DNA of 64,000 bases from the human T2T-CHM13v2.0 reference genome, Homo sapiens, in NCBI RefSeq assembly GCF_009914755.1, contig NC_060931.1. One strand, 5' to 3'. How positions within the stretch are numbered: position 1 is the stretch's first letter; each line of letters starts with the position of its first letter. A model generated the notes under the pieces. The model ran no database searches and had not been told where the DNA came from. It worked only from the letters and a program-made list of their open reading frames with translations. This document shows, piece after piece, positions 47,816-64,000 of the stretch. The position numbers and the translations under genes are program-made.

Positions 47816-49164
47816 CCTTTTGCATCTCCTGTGTAGGTGTCTGCTCAAATGGTTTTCCGAGGTAGGCATAATTTTAGTGATTAACTCTGATTTTGTGGTA
47901 AGAAGTGAATTTGCATTTTCAGGTTACCAGTGGTAATTATTAAATACTAATGTTCCGTTGTCTCAGAATGCAAGATTGTGGGAGAAACATTTTTAGGGGC
48001 AGTTCCCTGTTGATAAATATATCCAAGGAAAATTTTGAAGGCTTATCTCTATTCAGAAGCAATTGTTGTGAAGGAGAGAAAATTCTCAGTAGAGTTTAGA
48101 CTTATTTCATGGTTTGAGAGCTTCATGCTGGCTGGAGTCAGAGTTCCAGTGAAATTCCTCAGAAAGCAGAGTATACAAGGTTCCTACAATCTCAATCGAC
48201 AATACTGAATGAGCTCTGTTTAGAGAATGACATGTTTCTCTTTAAGAAAAAGTTTCAGTCTTTCAATTACCTAATATAAAATGGGAGCAGCAGGATCAGC
48301 CAAAATATTATTTGATGTTGAGTGCGGAATGACAAAGTAAATTACATAGCCTCGCCCCTGAGAGTGAAAGTGATCAAACATAAGCTCACACATCGTGTCC
48401 CTTGCTATCACTGCATGCATTATGCCCTCACCGTATTTCCACAGCATTCTGCCCAGACCTCCAAAAGAGTAAGAATCATGCCCACCCTAATCACTGCTTT
48501 ACCTACCTGTTACACATATCGAGCTCTCGGCAATTATTTTTAACTTTTTTCTTTTTTAGTAACAACGATATAATGAAGAAATGACCATGTGTTAATTGTG
48601 TCTTCACTTCTAAAGATGACACTACCAGGTTCAGCAGAGAAGGATTGCTGTGGACAGATTTCTCTTTGTTAGTGCAGGGTTATCCATGGGAAGTGGCTTT
48701 CCACCCAGGAATGACATTTTCCAACCCCGTTCCATCTAGAGATGATCACAGTCGTGTGAATAGTTACACGAAGAGTAGGAAGTGGAATTCATGGGTGCCT
48801 CCCCCAGGCTCCCTTAAACTTTCTGTCAGTTGGATGCCAAAAATGATGAGGCCCTTGGCGGGGGCTCCCTGAATCCCAAATAAAGGAGACCTTCCTGTCA
48901 AAAAGTAATACCCACCTCAGGTCATTAGGTACAGAAGAAATAAATGTCTTGCACTTGGGATTAATTTGTTAAAGAAGCCCAGCGTCCTAAAATTCATAAC
49001 AATAGGAACATGCATTACAGGTTCAATCCGTAAAAAACACCAATAAGGAATCCTCTCCACAGGACCCTGCCACCCTGCCGGAATTTTAGTTTACAACTCT
49101 GTATATCAACATTAATTTGGCCAAGCTCAAAAGTTTTAACACTGGAAAGTAATTTGAATTTCAT

Positions 49165-49900
49165 CCACATGCACAAGAAAACCTTTAAAGGGTTTTAAGG
49201 AGGAAAGTGGCATGATAAGGTTTGCATTCAGAATGACCACTAGGGCAAGACCAAAAGCAAAGACTAGGTTGAATGCTGTCACTGGAATGTAGGGTCCTAG
49301 TGATATAAACAGAAAGTGGGGGTGTATTCAAAACAAGTCCAGAGAAAGCAAAGGAGAAAAGGCACTAAAGAAAGAGGGTATGTAAACATTTGAGAGACAA
49401 AAGAGCCTGCTAAGGAGACTAGAAAATGAGTCTAAAGAAGCATAAGGAAACCACAAGGATGTTTTGCACAAGGAAGGGGGACAAGGAAAGTGTCTTTCCA
49501 AGAGTGAGTTGAAAATAGAGTCAGTGCTGAAGCCCAAATGAGCCATGTACAAAAAGGTGCCTGTGGGATTCAACAAATGAGAGCCATGTCCATGGGGTGG
49601 CCAGAGAGGGGAAGCAGGGACTAACCCACATTGCCATAGGTTCAGGAGTGGATGTTGCATGAGGATATGGAGACAGAATATTTCAAAACCTTTTTCAGGG
49701 GGTTGGTTGTGAAAGGAGGAGAAGTAGAACAGGCAGAGGAAACATAGGTAGAAGGAGTTATTGTGCTTATTTGTTTGTTCTTGTTTTTGCTTTTGATTTG
49801 AGTATCAGAGGATTGTTTGCATGCCATTGGGAAGGAATATGCAGGGAGGAGAGTAAGCAATGGGAAGGCTATGGACAGAGGAGGGAAATAGCAGTTGGCA
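49165..49900 (-). mobile_element. L2 fragment
   Basis: AAAGGGTTTTAAGGAGGAAAGTGGCATGATAAGGTTTGCATT and further purine-rich L2 motifs. Confidence 0.55.
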
Positions 49901-51736
49901 GGCTCAGGAACCTCTTTTATGATAAAGATGAGAAGTGAAAAAGAGGAAGTGAAAATGGAAGTAATTTATGTTGGGCAGATTAAATGTAAACGGATAATGG
50001 GAGCAAGGAATGTATGCTGTCTGCAGAAGAGAAAAGAAAAAACATCTATTAAGCCTATTAGAATTTCTATCAGTTGAATGGAAAACAAAATGTCCCTACC
50101 TGAGGGTGACTCAGAGGAGGTATACACATGAAAATGGTCTACGTAGAATTCAGAGTAAAATTCCAAGAAATTGCTTGACCCTCTAATCTAGTGGTTCAAA
50201 ACATGGCCTTCAGAATCAGAGAAACAAAGTTTTGCATTCCAGTATCATTTAGTAATAACTGCAGCATCTTGTACAATTTGCATGCCCATTCTAAAACACC
50301 AATTCCTAATGCATGCTATGGGATAACACACACAAAACAATGACTATTTGGGGTAGCACATTACTAGTTCTCAAAGTACTTTCAACATAATCATCAGTAT
50401 CTGTCTAAAGAGCTCATGAAGCTATGACCTTTATGTAACAAGCACAGAAAAGCAGGGATTACAGGTAGTGATGGAGAGACAAATGGGGTAGTGTCCGACA
50501 GTATTCAGGAAATGAACAGAGATTTAAACAATAAGAAAGTTGATGGCTAGGGAGGACAGATATGAGTAACTCTGTTTATCAGTTTTCACACAGTATGCCC
50601 ACATATTTATAAACCACCCACCTTTGCTATACAGAGCCAGACTTTTTTCTATACTTACCTCATTGAAGCTGGTTGCAGTCAGCTCAAGGCCATGTCACAT
50701 AAAGTATTGCTCATGTATTTTTCAATTTGTAGGGTTAGAGTTTTATCTATAACAATATTTTATTACAGAATTGGCTTCCTGATACATTTCAACCACCACT
50801 TGCAACTTACACGGACCCCAAAATAAATACATAAATATGTAAATAAATAAAAATGAACAAATTGGCAAGCACCAATATTACCACTATTGTCAAAATCCCT
50901 ATTACTTCAGGAAATTTAAAAAATATTAATGCACAATGATAGCGATTGTAATTATCTACAGTGTATAATTATCAATACTCATTGATATTAACAGCTGAAA
51001 GCTGGAACTTTCTTTTTCATTAATAGAAGCACAGCAGTTTTTACATTAATATTAAAGATAAAATGTATGTGTGTTTTGCCTACAAGCTAAAGCTTCGGAG
51101 CCCATTACACTTGTATGGCTGGGGCAAATTGTATCAGAATGCTCAGCTGACCTGGAGACATGGGTGTGTAATTGAAATGGCTTCCTACAGTGCAGATAAA
51201 ATCAGTGACAAGAGATTCACGCTAGAATTTATCCCGGCAATATTCCTATTTACGTAGATAAAGGAAAATCCTCAAGTGTTGATGTTTGAGGGGATGATAA
51301 TGAATCAAACCTCTTCTCCACTCCCATCTCTAGGTTAAGAAATCAGACAGCATAGATAAATGAATTCAAGGGCTCGATTACTGACAAAGCTGATAGGAGA
51401 ATGCAGCTCAGAGCTAGTGCCAAAGGAGCATCCTGATCCATCCACTCCATTCAATGCTCCTCTGGAAACAGAAATTAAAATTGCCAACCTGGTCACTAAC
51501 ATAGCAGGATGACCTCACAGTTTTCCAGCTAAGGCAGAAGACTTACACATGGCAGAGGATGAGAGACGGAATGCTCTAGGTGGAAGAGTGTCACACCTGG
51601 GATGCCTCAGTGCTCCTGCACATGACTTCTCTTTCTAGCAGAGCAGCCCGGACTTCCTACTTGACAGCTCAGAGGAGGAAGCAGGCGTTGCCAGTCCTGC
51701 GAAAGGATAGCAGCAAAATCAGCACAACATCACTTC

Positions 51737-52382
51737 TGTTACCAGAAAGGGGTCCCAATCCAGACCCCAAGAAAGGGTTCTTAGATTCTCATCCAAGAAA
51801 TAATTCAGGGCAAGTCCATAGATTAAAGTGAAATCAAGTTTATTAAAAAAGTAAAGGAACAAAAAATGGCTACTCCATAAGCAGAGCAGCCCCAAGGGAT
51901 GCTGGCAAGCTACTTTTATGATTATTTTTTGATCATTTGCTAAATAAGGGGTGGATTATTCATGAGATTTCCAGGAAAGGAGTGAAGAATTTGCAGAACT
52001 GAGGGTTCCTCCCCTTTTTATAGTATAAAGGGTAACTTCTGGATGTTACCATCGCAGTTGTGAACTGTCATGGCCCTGGTGGGAGTGTGTTTTAGCATAA
52101 TAATGCATCATAATTAGCGTGTAATGAGCAGCTAAGAAGACCAGAAGTCACTTTTGTGGTCATCTTGGTTTTGGTGGGTTTTGGCCAGCTTCTTTACTAC
52201 ATCCTATTTTACCAGCAGGGTCTTTATAATCTGTATCTTGTGATACCAGTCTTACTGACCTCCTATCTAATCTTGTGAGTAAGAATGCTTAACCTCCTGG
52301 GAAAGCAACCCAGCGGGTCTCGGCCTCATTTTAATCAGTTCCTATTCAAGATGGAGTCGATCTGGTTCAAACACCTCTAACA
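51737..52382 (-). mobile_element. MER41B (ERV1) solo LTR
   Basis: TGTTACCAGAAAGGGGTCCCAATCCAGACCCCAAG...TTCAAGATGGAGTCGATCTGGTTCAAACACCTCTAACA; 4-bp TSD CTTC (51733-51736, 52383-52386). Confidence 0.92.
51969..51977. promoter_or_regulatory. GAS/STAT-type motif TTCCAGGAA within MER41B
   Basis: Fits TTCN3GAA at the position of the MER41B tandem GAS sites; function untested. Confidence 0.5.
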
Positions 52383-53574
52383 CTTCTATTGTATTCTACT
52401 GGCCCAAGCAATCAGGCCAGCCCAGATCCAAGCTGGTGGAAGAATAGACTCCTTGGCTCAACCAAGGACTGGCATGTGGGTACAGAGAGGGAAAGAACTG
52501 ATGGTAGGTAAACCGTCACATACTCCATGGGATATAAAGGTTCCTCACAGTTGCCTCTGCTTACCAATTTCGTGTTTACCTAATGTTGGATGTGTTTCCA
52601 TTAATTAATATTGTTCTAGGCTCTGAGTGTGAAAAGAAAGAGAGCGCTGGCATGCACAGCTTTAATAAAATTCTCCCCTGCTATGGATTCTTACTGCTCT
52701 TCACTTAATGATATATGAAGCTTGTTATGCTCTGGCTATTCAATGAAAAATGAGTCCCATGAAAGATGAATCAGTAGAGCCTGAAGATTTATTTGTAAAA
52801 AGAGCCTCATATTCTTAATGCTTAAAATAACCTCTGTAGTTTGAAAAGCTGTAAAAAAAATTAACTTAATGTGCTATAATAACATATTATATAATAATTT
52901 CTACATTTCTACATTTGTAAAAGAGTGTTTTCTCATTTATAATTTCATTTGACTCATGACAGTCCTATGAGAAGCATAGATACAAATGCTGTTGGGCCTG
53001 AAATAAAAACTTAGGCCTTCTCCCTTTAAAATGAAATATTTTGTTTGATGGTAAAAATAATAAGTGTTTTTGTAGAAAATCAAGACAAACAAAAAGCTTT
53101 AGAATTAAAAAAAAAAAATCCCCCTAAAAGTACATCTTAGAGACAAGCATTATTACCTTTGTGATTTAACTTCTAACACACTTTTATCTCTTTCCCCTCA
53201 GTTACCAGCAATAAAAAGATCGTAAAACCTTCCAACATAACATATATGGCTTTCAACTGTAATTGTACCAAAGAACAACAACCATGTATAACTTGGTTTT
53301 CCCCATCACTAAACACTGTTCAAAACACAATTACTAAATAATATTTTAAATCTGACTATATAAATAAACACATTATAGAATATTTAGAAGGTACAGAGAA
53401 GTAATATGAAGTTTATTTTAAAATTATCTGTATGGTCATTACCCATAGCCAACAATTGCTATCTTTTTGTTGTGTTTCCTTCCAAAAATATTGTATCTAA
53501 TATAAGTAAGGGTACTGAAAGTGGCATGTACAAACCTATCCATCTACATGTCTCTCTATTTAATGAGTGTCTAC

Positions 53575-53650
53575 ATACACACATTCACTATATATATATA
53601 GACACTCAGTGTATATGTGTATATATATATACACACATTTTATATATACA
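53575..53650. repeat. Degenerate (TA)n/(CA)n microsatellite
   Basis: TATATATATATAGAC...GTGTATATATATATACACAC. Confidence 0.8.
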
Positions 53651-54387
53651 ATATTGTGATCATAGTGTGTACTGTTTTGTAACTTTCATTCACTTTTATC
53701 GATCAACATATGTTGAATATTTTCCCATGCATGCATTTTATAACACCATCTCACTCAACATGTTATTATGAAAATTTTCAAACATTTAGAAAAGTGTCAG
53801 GAATTTTACATTGTACACCTGCCACCTAGATTCTTCAATTACTGATACCAATTCGCATTACTCTTTTGCTGAAAGTCATTCCTAGGACTCTATCTGGCAC
53901 TTCCAACTTGCTGTGCAATCGGGGTAGGTGAGCTGCAGTACACACTCCTGCAGACAGAAAATACCCTCCGACAGTACAGAGCTCAGGTAGACAAGGGGAT
54001 ATGGGTGGGGGATTGACAGGGTGGGCTGCAGAAAGAGATTATCTGCAGTAAATGGCTCAAGGTCAACGCTCTATTAATTTACCTTTCATCAGGTTTCTTT
54101 GAATCCTTTCTCTATAGTGTGTGTAGTCTCTGACTTTCTTAAGGCAGTTGCAAGGGAAGGGTTTACTGATTCTAATACCAGTTAGTGTGAACCCCCTAAT
54201 CTGCCAAAATTCATGGTACTACAAAGAAATTGATTTTGTTCTTAAGAATGATTTGTATTGAATTTTTAGCCTTTATGCACCTAAACTTTCAAGTACCTTC
54301 CTATTTGAGAATGCAATGATCCACTAGAATGGTAGAGATATACATACTAGTAAACATTGGCCATGAAAAATTCAGCACTCAAGTTCT

Positions 54388-54860
54388 TTTTTTTTCTTTA
54401 TATATATAGTTATTATACTTTAAGTTCTAGGTACATGTGCACAACGAGCAGGTTTGTTACATATGTATACATGTGCCATGTTGGTGTGCTGCACCCATTA
54501 ACTCGTCATTTACTTTAGGTATATCTCCTAATGCTATCCCCTCCCCACTCCCCCCACCCCACAACAGGCCTCGGTGCGTGATGTTCCCCTTCCTGTGTCC
54601 AAGTGTTCTCATTGTTCAATTCCCACCTATGAGTGAGAACATGTGGTGTTTGGTTTTTTGTCCTTGCGGTGTTTGGTTTTTTGTCCTCGCGATAGTTGGC
54701 TGAGAATGATGGTTTCCAGCTTCATCCATGTCCCTACAAAGGACATGAACTCATCATTTTTTATGGCTGCATAGTATTCCATGGTGTATATGTGCCATAT
54801 TTTCTTAATCCAGTCTATCATTGTTGGACATTTGGGTTGGTTCCAAGTCTTTGCTATTGT
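54388..54860 (-). mobile_element. L1PA4/5-type, 5'-truncated (~470 bp)
   Basis: Reverse 3'UTR and ORF2 end; TSD CAGCACTCAA(G/A)TTCT at 54373-54387 and 54861-54875. Confidence 0.95.
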
Positions 54861-56005
54861 CAGCACTCAAATTCTAGGAGTGTCTCAGTGCCTGTGGTCT
54901 AAGTGGTACCCAAGCATCTGCAAAGAGATAGAAACGGAATGCTGAGCTGGCTTTCCTGGGGTTTAACTCTTGCCAAGTGAAACTGAGGAACTCCAGAAAA
55001 GAGCTCAGCTTTTCACCAGGCAGTGAGATTCCATGCACTCTCACTGAGCAATAAAATGTTCTTAACCCTGACACCCTCATATGAACTCCTATTTCTCTTG
55101 GGTGGGGAAAGGGGGAGAAGAGCTTCAAACTTCTCCTTAAGAAAAACAAGTTATAATTGTGAATGTTAAAAAATCATCTTAAACACTGCTGTTCCTGACA
55201 TTATTTCATTTGAGTCTCAACATAACTTTGTGAGGTAATGGAAAATATCACCCATTCCCCCTGTTTGAGAGTAGGATTTGGAGGTTGAGATAGGTATTCA
55301 AGCCTAGGTCTTCTGACCCCTCACTCCCTCTTCCTTCCAGTCCTCTACTCTTATCTCTTCTTAGAAGCAAAGAGAAATTTGGTCAAGAGAAAAGACTAAA
55401 CAAAATAACAGGCAAAGCAACTTTATTAAGAAACCCCTCATTTGACAACTTTCTTTATTCCACAATATGATGTCTATAAAATGTATGTTGCCTTCAAAAA
55501 ATTTAAGAAGTTCAATCTTCCTCCTTTTCCTTATGCAACTCCCTGCAAATTGAAAGCTATTCTGACTAAATGATTGAAGGGAGCAGTGCACTTGCATCAA
55601 GGTCTCTTAACTCTCATTCTGCTAAAATGAAATTAACGAGGTAACTGCCCACCTGAGAAACTTTACACAAAGTAATGAGGCAGGACTCATTAATTGGCAG
55701 GGCATTGTTTACCCCAGTCTGCTCTTGGCTGTCTGAGGACCACCTCCTCAGCCTTTGGGCCACGGGGGAACTTCAATAATTTTCAGTCATAAAAATGAAA
55801 AATCACTGCATGGAAGTGAGATCAATGAGATCTATGCAACTAATATGAAGCAATTTTTTCCCCTCCCAAAAGCACTCAGATGAAAAGAAAGGACCAAATC
55901 ACAGAGTTTCCAAAGAGCTGTCTCTTGTTTTACACAAGACAGTCTGAGTTCTTGATTTGCACTCAGAGGAGCCTGTTGTTTGGCCAGTGTCTACCCTTCA
56001 TGTAG

Positions 56006-56413
<408 letters not shown>

Positions 56414-57469
56414 CTCATTCTCCTTTAATTAATAATGTATATATTACCTTATGGTGGCTGGTCATCTTAATGGGGATATTTAATTGGCTTTTGAAAGACT
56501 AAAAGTTCACACCTGTACCTCTGGCACTCTGCAATTCTTCTTTCCGGCAATTAAAAAAACATAGAGGCAGATAGAAAGGTAGAAATTCTCAAAAAGTAGG
56601 CTTTCTGCCCTAATATGAAGCAAATATGGAAACTCAGGTCTCACTATGTTTTCTAAAATTCTACCCTAATATACTTAGATTTTACCGTTTATTTCTCCTG
56701 ATCTTAATGAAGAAAGCTCTTGAGCTTCTCAGACCTGTCTAATCATCCAAGGACAAAATTCCAGGAATTCTGTGGGTTTGCCCACAGGAAATTATGCAGC
56801 AAATCAAGGTGAGCAATTGTCATGATTTCACTCGGAGATCAAAGGAGCACCTACCAAATTTTCTACCTTATTGTGTTCTACGATTCTTTCTAAATCAACA
56901 GCATCAAGCCTTTCCTCTGTTTGAATTCCTAGTCAACATGGAAAATTTAGACAAAGTCCAATAATATTTCAAGGGGTGATTTGGCCACCCTGGTCACATG
57001 GTTGTGTTTTCTCACCTGTAAAATGAGCCAACTGTGTTAATGTATTGTGCTTCCTTCCTGACATCTGCTACCACTGACATTCCCTTCTCATGTTGCTGTC
57101 TACATCTTTATTTTAATTACAGCTTGTGCTGCTGACATTAAGTGATTTTCAATTAGCCTTGGTGAATCACACAAAGTTATAGCAAGAGAAAAAATTTGAA
57201 GATTACCTAGTCAAACCTCTTTCTTTTTGTAAATCACGAAATGAAGCCTCAGAAAATTAAGTAATTTTCCTAAGGAGACATTGCTTGTTTTTGACAGAAA
57301 CTCTATGCTGATCTGTGACTCAACACTGCAGTCTTCACTCACACACTACCGGTTCAAAGTATTTTTAGCCATTGGGCTCTTCCTGCTAATTATATATTAT
57401 GAGGAAGGCAATATATAAAGAGGATAAATTCAAAGCAGATGTGGGGCCCAGAGACTCACCTGTTGGTTG

Positions 57470-57632
57470 CCATACAAATGGCCAATAAGTGCATGAAAAG
57501 ATGCTTAACATCAATAATCTTTAGGGAAATGAAAATCAAAACTACAATGAGATAGTACCTTGCAACCATAAGGATGGCTACTATTGAAAAAAACAGAGAA
57601 TGACAATTGTTGGCAAGAATGTGGAGAAATTT
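57470..57632 (+). mobile_element. Old L1M (L1MB-like) ORF2-end fragment, the 5' host of the full-length L1
   Basis: ATACAAATGGCCAATAAGTGCATGAAAAGATGC...TGTTGGCAAGAATGTGGAGAAATT. Confidence 0.8.
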
Positions 57633-58660
57633 GGGGGATGGAGCCAAGACGGCCGAATAGGAACAACTCCAGTCTACAGCTCCCAGCATGAGCGATGCAG
57701 AAGACGGGTGATTTCTGCATTTCCAGCTGAGGTACTGGGTTCATCTCACTGGGGAGTGTCGGAAAGTGGGTGCAGGACAGTGGGTGCAGTGCACCAAGCA
57801 TAAGCCAAAGCAGGGCAAGGCATTGCCTCACCCGGGAAGCACAAGGGGTCAGGGAATTCCCTTCCCTAGTCAAAGAAAGGGGTGACAGATGGCACCTGGA
57901 AAATCGGGTCACTCCCACCCTAATACTGCGCTTTTCCAACTGTCTTAGCAAATGGCAAACCAGGAGATTATATCCCATGCCTGGCTCGGAGGGTCCTATG
58001 CCCATGGAGCCTTGCTCATTGCTAGCACAGCAGTCTGAGATCAAACTGCAAGGTGGCAGTCAGTCTGAGGGAGGGGTGCCTGCCATTGCCGAGGCTTGAG
58101 TAGCTAAACAAAGCGGACAGGAAGCTTGAACTAGGTGGAGCCCACTGCAGCTCAAGGAGGCCTGCTTGCCTCTGTAGACTCCACCTCTGGGGGCAGGGCA
58201 TTGCCAAACAAAAGGCAGCAGAATCCTCTGCAGACTTAAATGTCCCTGTCTGACAGCTTTGAAGAGAGTAGTGGTTCTCCCAGCACGCAGCTGGAGATCT
58301 GAGAACGGACAGACTTCCTCCTCAAGTGGCTCCCTGAACCCCGAGTAGCCTAACTGGGAGGCACCCCCCAGTTGGAGCAGACTGACACCTCACACGGCCA
58401 GGTACTTATCTGAGACAAAACTTCCAGAGGAATGATCAGGCAGCAACATTTGCTGTTCACCAATATCTGCTGTTCTGCAGCCTCCGCTGCTGATACCCAG
58501 GCAAACAGGGTCTGGAGTGGACCTCCAGCAAACTCCAACAGATCTGCAGCTGAGGATCCTGACTGTTAGAAGGAAAACTAACCAACAGAAAGGACATCCA
58601 CACCAAAACCCCATCTGTACGTCACCATCACCAAGACCAAAGGTAGATAAAACCACAAAG
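57633..58660. promoter_or_regulatory. L1 5'UTR with sense internal promoter and antisense promoter region
   Basis: Homology to the primate L1 5'UTR; YY1 motif altered to AAGACGGCC; activity unknown. Confidence 0.7.
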
Positions 58661-59677
58661 ATGGGGAAAAAACGGAGCAGAAAAACTGGAAACTCTAAAA
58701 ATTAGAGTGCCTCTCCTCCTCCAAAGGAACGCAGCTCCTCATCAGCAACGGAACAAAGCAGGATGGAGAATGACTTTGACGAGTTCAGAGAAGAAGGCTT
58801 CAGACGATCAAACTACTCCGAGCTAAAGGAGGAAGTTCGAACCCATGGCAAAGAAGTTAAAAACATTGAAAAAATATTAGACTAATGGCTAACTAGAATA
58901 ACCAATGAAGAGAAGTCCTTAAAGGACCTGATGGAGCTGAAAACCAAAGCACCAGAACTATGTGAAAAATGCACAAGCCTCAGTAGCCGATTTGATCAAC
59001 TGGAAGAAAGGGTATCAGTGATGGAAGATCAAATGAATGAAATGAAGTGAGAAGAGAAGTTTAGAGAAAAAAGAATAAAAAGAAATGAACAAAGCTTCCA
59101 AGAAATATGGGACTATGTGAAAAGACCAAATCTACGTCTGATTGGTGTACCTGAAAATGACGGGGAGAATGGAACCAATTTGGAAAACACTTTGCAGGAT
59201 ATTATACAGGAGAACTTCCCCAATCTAGCAACGCAGGCAAACATTCAAATTCAGGAAATACAGAGAACGCCACAAAGATACTCCTCCAGAAGAGCAACTC
59301 CAAGACACATAATTGTCAGATTCACCAAAGTTGAAATGAAGGAAAAAATGTTAAGGGCAGCCAGAGAGAAAGGTCGGGTTACCCACAAAGGGAAGCCCAT
59401 CAGACTAACAGCTGATCTCTCGGCAGAAACTCTACAAGCCAGAAGAGAGTGGGGGCCAATATTCAACATTCTTAAAGAAAAGAATTTTCAACCCAGAATT
59501 TCATATCCAGCCAAACTAAGCTTCATAAGTGAAGGAGAAATAAAATCCTTTAGAGACAAGCAAATGCTGAGAGATTTTGTCACCACCAGGCCTGCCCTAA
59601 AAGAGCTCCTGAAGGAAGCACTAAACATGGAAAGGAACAACCGGTACCAGCCACTGCAAAAACATGCCAAATTGTAA
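58661..59677 (+). pseudogene. L1 ORF1p, disrupted
   Basis: ATGGGGAAAAAA start, 1017-nt span equal to the native length; premature stops including TAG at 58703-58705; RRM/CTD part KRPNLRLIGVPE...QKHAKL* is intact. Confidence 0.93.
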
Positions 59678-59740
59678 AGACCATCGAGGCTAGGAAGAAA
59701 CTGCGTCAACTAACGAGCAAAATAACCAGCTAACATCATA

Positions 59741-63550
<3,810 letters not shown>

Positions 63551-63800
63551 ACAATGAGAACACACGGACACAGGAAGGGGAACATCACACACCAGGGCCT
63601 GTTGTGGGGTCGGGGGAGGGATAGCATTTGGAGATATACCTAATGTTAAATGACGAGTTACTGGGTGCAGCACACCAACATGACTCATGTTGTAACTAAC
63701 CTGACTCATACATATGTATGGCTCATACATACGTAACTAACCCGCACGTTGTACACATGTACCCTAAAACTTAAAGTATAAAAAAAAAAAAAGAAAAAAA

Positions 63801-63926
63801 GAAACCAACCTTACCAACACCTTGATTTAGGATCTCTAGTTTCCAGGATTGTGAAACAATAAGTTTCTTTTGTTGAAGTCACTCTGTTTGCAGTATTTGT
63901 TATTGCCACCCTAGCAAACTAACACA
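63801..63926 (+). mobile_element. 3' portion of an MLT1B/C/D LTR
   Basis: GAAACCAACCTTACCAACACCTTGATTT...CCCTAGCAAACTAACACA. Confidence 0.8.
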
Positions 63927-64000
63927 GCCTCTTATGCCAAAAAGTGATAATGAGATCTTTATGTTATAGCCCTTCAGATTATCATTACTTCTCTTCTGGA

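Larger units (their letters stand above)
51570..52520 (-). mobile_element. Old MLT1 LTR split by MER41B
   Basis: GCACAACATCACTTC | TATTGTATTCTACTGGCCCAAGCA...GGCCAGCCCAGATCCAAG is continuous across the insertion. Confidence 0.65.

Noticed and set aside
50650-50760. Perfect minus-strand donor ATGAG|GTAAGT near 50659
   Set aside because: No matching acceptor, promoter or partner exons could be identified; a single motif is not enough to call an exon.

Overview
This is primate genomic DNA, probably hominid, judged by AluY, an L1PA2-type 3' end, and THE1/MST/MER41/LTR1 LTRs. It is AT-rich and made mostly of nested transposable-element relics. I found no host protein-coding exon, RNA gene or CRISPR array. 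The long ORFs in the track are L1 ORF1/ORF2 pieces, antisense L1/Alu/LTR frames or chance ORFs. Main content: the 3' end of a young L1PA2-like element, two full-length but disabled L1s (an old L1PA13-16-type at ~33.8-40.5 kb and an L1PA4/5-type at 57.6-63.8 kb), several truncated L1s, seven Alus, solo LTRs (THE1, MSTA/B, MLT1, LTR1, LTR33, MER41B) and DNA-transposon fossils (MER45, Tigger7/MER44, Tigger2, MER5). I cannot support a wholly new biological system here. The most notable signals are footprints of retrotransposition and repair: (1) an apparent L1 3' transduction inserted into a THE1 LTR (1148-1322); (2) a 61-bp direct repeat flanking an old L1MC insertion, i.e. an unusually long TSD; (3) a full-length L1 with no TSD, a mutated YY1 site, a long read-through ORF0 frame and a candidate antisense chimeric exon; (4) a twin-primed L1; (5) a MER41B LTR with one intact GAS site; (6) several templated-insertion or fold-back scars. 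Subfamily names come from recalled consensus motifs, not from a database search. Boundaries of old elements are approximate.
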